DNA of 64,000 bases from a virus (lineage: Duplodnaviria; Caudoviricetes), in IMG/VR virus record IMGVR_UViG_3300005805_000073, positions 12,234 through 76,233 of that record, one strand, 5' to 3'. Below are positions 57,460-64,000 of the stretch, one piece after another. The notes under the pieces were generated by a model. It did no database searches. It worked only from the letters and a program-made list of their open reading frames with translations, and was not told where the DNA came from. A program made the position numbers and the translations under genes. The first letter of the stretch is position 1. Every line of letters begins with the position of its first letter.

Positions 57460-57632
57460 CGCGTGTATTCCTTGTTGAGGTAATCTTCGGCGGCATCCTT
57501 AGAGAAAAATCCGCCATCCACCACCAAGTCGGTGACGGTATCGCAGATGGCCCAGCGTCGGCGGTATCCCTGCGTCGGATGGAATGAAGGACCATCCTGA
57601 ATCACAACATAGCGCGGCGTAGCGTTGTCCAT
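57456..57632 (-). CDS. Hypothetical 58-aa protein (not in the ORF track)
   Basis: MDNATPRYVVIQDG..; AAGGAG RBS after promoter copy 2. Confidence 0.65.
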   Translation of the reverse strand: MDNATPRYVVIQDGPSFHPTQGYRRRWAICDTVTDLVVDGGFFSKDAAEDYLNKEYTR

Positions 57633-57636
57633 TCTG

Positions 57637-57725
57637 TCTCCTTGTTGAGTATGCTACCAAGTTACTATAAAACGCAGAAATGGTCAATACCTGAAATGTA
57701 ACGGATTTGTAACGGATTTGTAACA
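57637..57725 (-). promoter_or_regulatory. Repeated early promoter/RBS unit, copy 2
   Basis: Direct repeat of 57171-57248 with an extra GTAACGGATTT unit. Confidence 0.75.
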
Positions 57726-57728
57726 GGA

Positions 57729-57823
57729 GTTTTCCACATGGAAAATGTGGAAAATCAGGAATGTGATGTGGAAAAAGTTTTCCACATGGAAAATGTGGAA
57801 AACTGGATTTGTGATGTGGAAAA
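57729..57823. repeat. 48-bp tandem repeat (2 copies) containing the palindrome TTTTCCACAT-N5-ATGTGGAAAA
   Basis: Seen directly. Confidence 0.9.
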
Positions 57824-57988
57824 CCTCGGATGAGAATCGTTCTCAACCGAGGTGTTATTTTAGGAATTCCGAATATTTTTTTCGGGAATCAGGTTAGCTC
57901 CGGTAGTGCGCATAGGGGTGCGCATATATGTGCGCATAGGGATGCGCTCGCCGGCGCTAGCCAAAAACCATAATACACATTTTAGGAT

Positions 57989-58210
57989 TTAGAAATCGCG
58001 GCGCTTCATCTCTCGGAAAATCTCATCGGCTGAGGCGTCTTGGACCAAAACATCCTTCTCTCCTTGAGTATCTACGTAGCGGCGTTGTGTGTGTTCTCCC
58101 ACAACCTCATCATCATCCTGATTGGAACCTGGGCGTTTCATGACCTGCTTTCTCATCTTTCGAATCAAAGCTTCCATTTCCCTGTCTGAACGCGCACCAT
58201 TATTTCCCAT
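57989..58210 (-). CDS. Hypothetical 73-aa protein
   Basis: CAGGAGA RBS before MGNNGAR; start moved from 58414. Confidence 0.6.
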   Translation of the reverse strand: MGNNGARSDREMEALIRKMRKQVMKRPGSNQDDDEVVGEHTQRRYVDTQGEKDVLVQDASADEIFREMKRRDF

Positions 58211-58338
58211 AGCATCTCCTGTTTTGAGTGATAATATATATAATATATAGAATTTTTTACATTTGTCAATACACATTTTAATTTTATTTCCCACGTTTTC
58301 GGTTAGGATAACGTGACCCGCACACACTTCATGAAACA

Positions 58339-58396
58339 CCCGCAGTTTCTCCCGCACTTTTTCCCGCACTTTTTCCCGCACTTCCACCCGCACTTG
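58339..58396. repeat. 12-bp periodic CCCGCACT repeats
   Basis: Copies at 58351, 58363, 58375 and 58387, with a variant at 58339. Confidence 0.85.
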
Positions 58397-58515
58397 TATC
58401 TCTCTATGCGCCATGTTATATTTTCTCTAATATATGTTCCTATTTTATTATTAGGAATTTTATCTCTTTCGCTATTGGCTGCATGTTACACACTTGTTCA
58501 GTATTTCTCCTCATT

Positions 58516-58806
58516 ATGGAATCCAAAATGAAATTTCTCCACTTGAAACCCATTTCTCTTTCTGAAACTGCCGAACACCGAATACACACAAGAAAATGGG
58601 CAGCTGTCATCATTTTAGTTATCGGTGGTTTGCTCTTGGCAGGCCGTGCACCTGTGCCCATGTCATTTAGTTATTTTCTTTTGTTCTTTGGACACGCCGG
58701 AATGCTGCATCAAATGTATTTGAAGCGTGATGTCCCTTTGTTTCTTATCAATATCATTTGGTGTGGTATTGATTTGCTAGGAATGTATCGCTGGTGGGGT
58801 AATTGA
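58516..58806 (+). CDS. Small multi-pass membrane protein
   Basis: Three hydrophobic segments ending GMYRWW; overlaps the dCMP deaminase start. Confidence 0.65.
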   Translation: MESKMKFLHLKPISLSETAEHRIHTRKWAAVIILVIGGLLLAGRAPVPMSFSYFLLFFGHAGMLHQMYLKRDVPLFLINIIWCGIDLLGMYRWWGN

Positions 58807-59231
58807 TGCATCCAGGTGATTTGCACTTTTGTGTTCGAACCGTAAGGCTATTAGCTGCACGGAGTCGAGCCTCACGTGCCCGGGTGGGATGTGTCATTTG
58901 GCACGTTCCTACACGCAGAATCATCACGCTAGGATATAATGGCACACCTGAAGGTGAAGATAACACCATGGAACACAACAACGTCACGTTGTCCCATGTC
59001 ATTCATGCTGAAATGAATGCATTGAATAAGCTTTCTTGGTGGGAAAAGTTTTGGTTATTGAAAGATTGCATCCTTGTGGTGACACATACTCCTTGTGCAA
59101 ATTGTACAGCAGCAATTCTACAAACCAAAATTTCTACAATATATTTTCTAGATAGTTATGGCAATCACAGCCAAACTGTACGAATGTTTCAACGACATAA
59201 CCGTAAATTAATTCGTTTACTTGAAACATGA
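58803..59231 (+). CDS. dCMP deaminase
   Basis: VGCVI, GYNGTP, HAEMNA, PCANC. Confidence 0.92.
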   Translation: MMHPGDLHFCVRTVRLLAARSRASRARVGCVIWHVPTRRIITLGYNGTPEGEDNTMEHNNVTLSHVIHAEMNALNKLSWWEKFWLLKDCILVVTHTPCANCTAAILQTKISTIYFLDSYGNHSQTVRMFQRHNRKLIRLLET

Positions 59232-59731
59232 TATTTCTATATCAAGCATCAGATGGTGTACGAATCACAGAAACAACACCTCGGGAGCATAGAACAACAT
59301 ATCCTCGAGATGAATTCCTGATGCAATTTCATACCATTCAGGATGCTCGACGATATTGTGAACGAATGAAATATAATATCATTGAAGATATAAAGAAATC
59401 ATGGACAGGACACACACCTGAAGGTTTAGAGCGTATTCGTGAGGCAAAACGAGGATATAAAAATCCTAACGCCAAAGGATTATCCGATACACATAAACGA
59501 AAGATAGGATTGGCAATGAGAGTACGCCGAGGTGAGCATCATCATTTTTATAATATGCGTCACTCACCTCGAAGCAAAATGAAAATCTCATTGGGACTAC
59601 GCAGGAAACCCCCCAGGAAGTGGTGCTTAGATCCTGAGGGGTACGAGCATCTTGTTTATATGCCTTTCTTTTTACCTGCCGGTTGGTGTTGGGGACGGAA
59701 AAGAGGATCCATTCGATTAAGAACATCCTGA
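59228..59731 (+). CDS. NUMOD3-repeat DNA-binding protein (homing-endonuclease-related)
   Basis: HTPEGLERIREAKRG, LSDTHKRKIG and HSPRSKMKIS repeats; PAGWCWGR tail. Confidence 0.65.
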   Translation: MIFLYQASDGVRITETTPREHRTTYPRDEFLMQFHTIQDARRYCERMKYNIIEDIKKSWTGHTPEGLERIREAKRGYKNPNAKGLSDTHKRKIGLAMRVRRGEHHHFYNMRHSPRSKMKISLGLRRKPPRKWCLDPEGYEHLVYMPFFLPAGWCWGRKRGSIRLRTS

Positions 59732-60159
59732 GAACTCCAATCATTGTTCTCCATACTTTTCACAGCATTACATACCCAGCACAACGTTTGAATGTTGTCA
59801 GGTGTGTCAGCACCGCCTGACTTTCTGGGAATGATATGGTCTCCAATCAATTGACTGCTCCATAACGCCTTTTGTTTCTGTGGCGTCCAATCTTTCTTGA
59901 GCAATCGAACATCCTGTCGTGGGTCATACTGACACATGCTACATTCCCAACTGCGATGATATGTGTGCCATCGACCATGATATCCTAATCCCCATTCATA
60001 TTCAGCATCTTTCAGCTGACAATCTCGGCATAAACTATCTTGCCCAGGTCCTTGATAGATGGTTAATCCTTGATGCCCACAGGCTCGACACAACATCTCG
60101 CGTTGTTCTTTAATTAAGCGTTCAATTTTCAATTGATCCTGCTCAGGAATACGCCACAT
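59656..60159 (-). CDS. HNH endonuclease
   Basis: DHIIPRKSGGADTPDNIQTLCWVCNAVK with upstream CxxC pairs. Confidence 0.88.
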   Translation of the reverse strand: MWRIPEQDQLKIERLIKEQREMLCRACGHQGLTIYQGPGQDSLCRDCQLKDAEYEWGLGYHGRWHTYHRSWECSMCQYDPRQDVRLLKKDWTPQKQKALWSSQLIGDHIIPRKSGGADTPDNIQTLCWVCNAVKSMENNDWSSQDVLNRMDPLFRPQHQPAGKKKGI

Positions 60160-61343
60160 TATCGTAGTCCTTTGAAGTCCGACTTGGTGAGTACATATCC
60201 TTCATTCAATTTAGTACTCGGTAGCCAGAAACGCATATCAGCCTGACACACATGCTCAAGATATCCATGAAGCACATTCATGTAAATGTGTTCATTCTTT
60301 TGCATCTTAGGTGACGTTTGATTCACAGGATACACCACACGCTGATGCCAGGCATCATAGACCTGCTTGACGATACGTTCCCAAGCAACACCTTCGAAAT
60401 CATGCTGAAACTTCTTGGTGAACACCAGAAGCTGCTGAATCTCATCCTGAAGGAAAGGTGCCCCGGTATTCTTATACATCATTTGGAAATACTTGTAAGG
60501 AATAATGGCATTCCAGTGAATCATGGGGCGTGCCTGCTGTTGCTGAGAATACCAGGTGACATAATTCTCTAAGGCACCGTGATTCTTGTCGCTCTTATCC
60601 TTGAACTCTGGGATACGACCAAACATCCCATTGGTCTGATAATGATAGCGATCCTTATCCTTGAAAGGTGTGAGATGCAATCCCTTTTCAAGCATCAACC
60701 ACAGGCGTGAATTGATTCGGAAATGCTCAGGCTCTGGGCGCTGTTGAAACTTCTGTGCCTCTTCCACAGCCATGAACTGCTGACGAATCATTTCAAATTC
60801 AGAAATCCATTCCTTGCCTTCGGCGCTGCCATTGCTAATATAGGCATCACGGGCCTCAGGCGTGGTGTGGGGAAAATACACATTGGGAACAAGAATGTGT
60901 AGGTCCTCGAGGTTGAACACATATTTTGCTGTGAAATATAAATCAAGAATGGTATGCTGACCATCCCACACAACCTTGTGGCCATTCTCATCACGATACC
61001 AATGAACAGCAACCACACGGTTTGTCTTGAAGTTATTCAGAATTTTCTTAAGGTGCTCAACCTCTACACTGCGTTGGAGTGTGTGGCGAATACGCGCCTG
61101 GTCGAGATATAGTGCATCAGCATCGGTTCGACCGATTGGGAGATGTTGAGTCAAATCATCCCAGCTATGAATGTTTCGTGCTGAAAAATATTGCCGGAGC
61201 TTCTTGGCAAGCTCTTGAATGGTAACAGGATCCAAATGTAAATTGTCGAATCTCTGTTCAATGGTCATCCAATCACTATCGGAATTGAATGAAAAATATT
61301 GATTATAATGATTAGCAACTACCGGATGCGGCGTTCGTGTCAT
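60159..61343 (-). CDS. Hypothetical 394-aa protein (possible ParB/Srx-like N-terminal region)
   Basis: LQR..VVWDGQHT motif; AGGAG RBS. Confidence 0.5.
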   Translation of the reverse strand: MTRTPHPVVANHYNQYFSFNSDSDWMTIEQRFDNLHLDPVTIQELAKKLRQYFSARNIHSWDDLTQHLPIGRTDADALYLDQARIRHTLQRSVEVEHLKKILNNFKTNRVVAVHWYRDENGHKVVWDGQHTILDLYFTAKYVFNLEDLHILVPNVYFPHTTPEARDAYISNGSAEGKEWISEFEMIRQQFMAVEEAQKFQQRPEPEHFRINSRLWLMLEKGLHLTPFKDKDRYHYQTNGMFGRIPEFKDKSDKNHGALENYVTWYSQQQQARPMIHWNAIIPYKYFQMMYKNTGAPFLQDEIQQLLVFTKKFQHDFEGVAWERIVKQVYDAWHQRVVYPVNQTSPKMQKNEHIYMNVLHGYLEHVCQADMRFWLPSTKLNEGYVLTKSDFKGLR

Positions 61344-61412
61344 GTTATTCTCCTAAGGCGCTCTGGGCCTTATATGTTGTGATGTGAAATCGTTCAGAGA
61401 TTTCACTAATGT

Positions 61413-61450
61413 AATATAGCATGAAAGGGAGCCTTTGTCAAGCTCCCCTT
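61413..61450 (-). promoter_or_regulatory. Terminator hairpin with -35 in the loop plus sigma70 promoter
   Basis: GGGAGC-TTGACAAAG-GCTCCC-TTT; TTGACA-17-TATATT. Confidence 0.75.
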
Positions 61451-61456
61451 CACCAC

Positions 61457-61642
61457 TTACTGCTCAATATATTCCTTCATTTTGCGAGCCATCTCACGAT
61501 TCCGCTTATGAGCCCCATTTCTATTAGGCTCCACATTTCGGATATGGTCAGTCAAACCACCCACAGCCTCACCGTTCTTTCGGATAGGCTCCCAGCTCTG
61601 GAAGTCCTCATATTCCTCATCCAGATAATCCCACTTGCTCAT
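61457..61642 (-). CDS. Hypothetical protein
   Basis: 61-aa ORF; ATGA overlap. Confidence 0.55.
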   Translation of the reverse strand: MSKWDYLDEEYEDFQSWEPIRKNGEAVGGLTDHIRNVEPNRNGAHKRNREMARKMKEYIEQ

Positions 61643-61710
61643 TTGTGTACAATCTCCAAGATTAGAATGATGATACAGCTACCAATGAAAATGCTAAGTC
61701 CAAAGTCCAT
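61639..61710 (-). CDS. 23-aa hydrophobic microprotein (not in the ORF track)
   Basis: MDFGLSIFIGSCIIILILEIVHK; coupled at both ends (TAATG, ATGA). Confidence 0.5.
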   Translation of the reverse strand: MDFGLSIFIGSCIIILILEIVHK

Positions 61711-61832
61711 TATGAAATATCCCTCTCCTCATCCTTCCTGATTAAGTGTAGGCTGATATGAGCATACATGGCGGATATCAATACCACGATGGCAAACAAA
61801 CACACCAACACCACAGATACCTTGAATAACAT
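61710..61832 (-). CDS. 40-aa single-TM microprotein (not in the ORF track)
   Basis: MLFKVSVVLVCLFAIVVLISAMYAHISLHLIRKDEERDIS. Confidence 0.55.
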   Translation of the reverse strand: MLFKVSVVLVCLFAIVVLISAMYAHISLHLIRKDEERDIS

Positions 61833-61837
61833 TTCTA

Positions 61838-62311
61838 TTACCAGAACAAGGAGTTAGTAAGATTTACATTTGCCCAATTCACCTGTCGAATAGTCACCTC
61901 ACGCAAATCTGTTTGTGTGAAATCAGACTTTCGCATATCACATTTTACCAATTCACTGTTTCGCATATCAGCACCTGTGAAGTTTACTCCTACACATACT
62001 GCATGAGTGAAATCTGCATATCGAAGCAACGCCTTTGTGAAATTGGCGTTTCGGATATTAGCTCCTTGAAGATTGGCACCTGTTAAATCAGCATTGGTGA
62101 AATTTGCCTGATTTAAATTGGCACCTCGAAAGTCAGCATACCGAAGGTTCACACCTGAAAAATCTTGTGCGGCAAGATTGGTATTCATGAAATTAGCAAC
62201 AACACCATCCTCGTCGCCATTCAAAAATTTCTGATGGAGTTCTAGAATACCTGTGATATCCACATTAGTTCTACGTCCATCACGCTCTTTACCTGAACCG
62301 AATAATCCCAT
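61838..62311 (-). CDS. Pentapeptide repeat protein
   Basis: A(D/N)LxGAxF-type repeats: ADFRGANLNQANFTNADLTGANLQGANIRNANF. Confidence 0.93.
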   Translation of the reverse strand: MGLFGSGKERDGRRTNVDITGILELHQKFLNGDEDGVVANFMNTNLAAQDFSGVNLRYADFRGANLNQANFTNADLTGANLQGANIRNANFTKALLRYADFTHAVCVGVNFTGADMRNSELVKCDMRKSDFTQTDLREVTIRQVNWANVNLTNSLFW

Positions 62312-62312
62312 T

Positions 62313-62414
62313 TTAATCCTCTGTAATTACTAAAAATATGATTATAATGAATCCAATAGCAGCCGACACCCAGCCTGCGTTTCCACGACTCAACCACAAT
62401 CCAATGGCAGACAT
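62313..62414 (-). CDS. 33-aa single-TM microprotein (not in the ORF track)
   Basis: MSAIGLWLSRGNAGWVSAAIGFIIIIFLVITED; TAATG coupling. Confidence 0.55.
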   Translation of the reverse strand: MSAIGLWLSRGNAGWVSAAIGFIIIIFLVITED

Positions 62415-62668
62415 TAGAACCCCCAGGTCTTCACAGCCTGACGCATCTGCTGTTGCTGTGGCGTGTGTGAAATGGTGACCCAGGCATCAGCAATGCTCGC
62501 CTCTACAATGTCATGAGCATACACACTGCCAATCTCCGTGACATAACCTTCCACATTGGCCATGCGAGTGTTACCACGTGCATTGTCCACCAAAGTGGCA
62601 TACCAACCGTTCGCTAGCTTCACACGGGTTCCCTTCTTCAGGTCATTGGTCTTAACTAAGCTCGTCAT
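62414..62668 (-). CDS. Hypothetical protein (SH3-like beta fold suspected)
   Basis: KTNDLKKGTRVKL..DNARGNTRMA..GSVYAHDI; AAGGAG RBS; promoter TTGACA-17-TACATT upstream. Confidence 0.65.
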   Translation of the reverse strand: MTSLVKTNDLKKGTRVKLANGWYATLVDNARGNTRMANVEGYVTEIGSVYAHDIVEASIADAWVTISHTPQQQQMRQAVKTWGF

Positions 62669-62854
62669 ACGTGGTCTCCTTTGATGGATAGAGGGCTTCC
62701 CAACAATCACGACACATTTGGCCTGCACCTTCAATGTAATACAATCGTTGCTGAATGTCAAGAGTTTTTGGTGTACCAGTTAATTCTTTACAACTAATGC
62801 AATGTTCATACAGCTCGTCTTTATGTATCTGGCGTTGAATGAACATTCCATCCG

Positions 62855-63121
62855 TCATACCAAATACTCCGCGGAGTGCTTGCACTTTCTCCGATAGGTA
62901 AATCCAGGGCAATCGCATGTCACCTTCCCGTTATCATAAATTTCCACAATGTATTTTCCCACGTGCTTCTTCTTCACCTGCGCCTTCACTTGAACTGGCC
63001 GAATCCAATCAATGTCATCCAATGTGGTACCATCAGGCACCACGGTCCACGTGGGCATCACAATGGTCTTGCCACCCAACACCGTGATGGCAGGATTGTG
63101 AATGCTGGTGATTGGAATCAT
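62855..63121 (-). CDS. SWIM zinc-finger protein
   Basis: TCDCPGFTYRRKCKH. Confidence 0.82.
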   Translation of the reverse strand: MIPITSIHNPAITVLGGKTIVMPTWTVVPDGTTLDDIDWIRPVQVKAQVKKKHVGKYIVEIYDNGKVTCDCPGFTYRRKCKHSAEYLV

Positions 63122-63264
63122 ACCATCACCTGCTGTCCTTCATAATGAGCCAGCGCCTGAACCTCGTAGTAATCATTCTCACACTCAGGCGTGCAAAACT
63201 CCTCGTCCGCCTCAATCCATTCACCACAGATACAGAGCTTGGGATCCACCAGGTCGGGATTCAT
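63118..63264 (-). CDS. 48-aa Cys-containing hypothetical protein (not in the ORF track)
   Basis: MNPDLVDPKLCICG..FCTPEC; GAGGAG RBS. Confidence 0.6.
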   Translation of the reverse strand: MNPDLVDPKLCICGEWIEADEEFCTPECENDYYEVQALAHYEGQQVMV

Positions 63265-63291
63265 AATCTCCTCATTGAAGGGTACATATGA

Positions 63292-63328
63292 AATATAACA
63301 AAAACGGGGACTTTTGTCAAGTCCCCGT
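63292..63328 (-). promoter_or_regulatory. Terminator hairpin with -35 in the loop plus sigma70 promoter
   Basis: ACGGGGAC-TTGACAAAA-GTCCCCGT-TTTT; TTGACA-17-TATATT. Confidence 0.8.
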
Positions 63329-63351
63329 CTAAGTGCTTGAAAATCAACAAC

Positions 63352-63939
63352 TTACACGATTTCTATAGGTGCGTATATGGTGTATCGTATATCTTCTGAT
63401 AGGTTTTCTGTTACATCATGAATATAATCAAATTTATCACTTTCTAACACAAGAACTTGACTAATATCGGGGACGATTTCAATTACATCATCTTCTATTA
63501 ATAATCTTGTTAAGGAACCTTGTTCTTTGGTTCTTCCGAAATTTAAAAACATCAATGATAAAAATTGTCTATTTGGTGCTTTATCACGATGAGGTTCAAT
63601 GAAAGATCCTTGGGGATAAACATTCATATGTCCAGCTATTTTTTTAGATTTACCTGTCAGTGAATAGGTAATATGCTCATGAACTTCATTTAGTAAAGGC
63701 GATATCATAGGATCGGTCTTTAAAAAGAAATTAAAGTAGCGAAAATCACATGGCATACCGCCATTATCAACACAATCTTTTGATAAAATTTTTGGACTAC
63801 TTATATTCAGTATTTTATTTACTTCACAAAATTTTTTAAAATCCTCAAAATTAATATTACTAGATTGTAAGATTGTAGGTCCTTCTACAGGATATAGCTT
63901 TATCAATTGATCCTTGACTTCATTACATATATGACCCAT
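63352..63939 (-). CDS. 2OG-Fe(II) oxygenase
   Basis: YPQGSFIEPHRD, YIHDVT, RYTI. Confidence 0.78.
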   Translation of the reverse strand: MGHICNEVKDQLIKLYPVEGPTILQSSNINFEDFKKFCEVNKILNISSPKILSKDCVDNGGMPCDFRYFNFFLKTDPMISPLLNEVHEHITYSLTGKSKKIAGHMNVYPQGSFIEPHRDKAPNRQFLSLMFLNFGRTKEQGSLTRLLIEDDVIEIVPDISQVLVLESDKFDYIHDVTENLSEDIRYTIYAPIEIV

Positions 63940-64000
63940 GTTTAAGAAAAATCTTTTTTCGTGTAAATTTTTCTTAAAATTTTCATTGAATTGTTTTATT

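Noticed and set aside
57729-57823. CRISPR array
   Set aside because: Only two tandem units with near-identical intervening sequence, no unique spacers and no cas genes.
57989-58414. Extended 141-aa start for the ORF
   Set aside because: The extension merely translates the CCCGCACT repeat and promoter region; the good RBS is at the 58210 start.

Overview
This is a 64-kb segment of a T4-like (Tevenvirinae/Kyanoviridae-like) myovirus genome, mostly minus-strand. (1) 1-17.1 kb: baseplate and tail module (gp7-like, gp6, gp25, gp5 split into two ORFs, gp27-like hub, gp53, gp48, then plus-strand gp4, gp2, gp54, gp26, gp51-like and a tape-measure-like gene). (2) 17.2-26.2 kb: replication and late-transcription genes (gp32, gp59, gp33, ligase), SleB hydrolase, sulfotransferase, S8 protease, QueC-like, exonuclease and PhoH, plus an unannotated circularly permuted (two-piece) tmRNA gene. 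(3) 26.2-42.7 kb: AT-rich island of sugar-nucleotide, radical-SAM and carbamoyltransferase genes. (4) 42.8-52.5 kb: auxiliary metabolic genes (guaC, purA, APS kinase, IscA, UvsE, amidase, PspC). (5) 52.5-64 kb: early-type region of small ORFs with many sigma70-like promoters, a GC-rich block and a repeat-dense intergenic region. The strongest unexpected signals are the permuted tmRNA with its own late promoter and degradation-tag frame, a -1 slippery site joining gp26 to gp51 just before the tape-measure-like gene, and gp5 interrupted by a single in-frame TAA. All product calls come from motif recognition; no database search was run.
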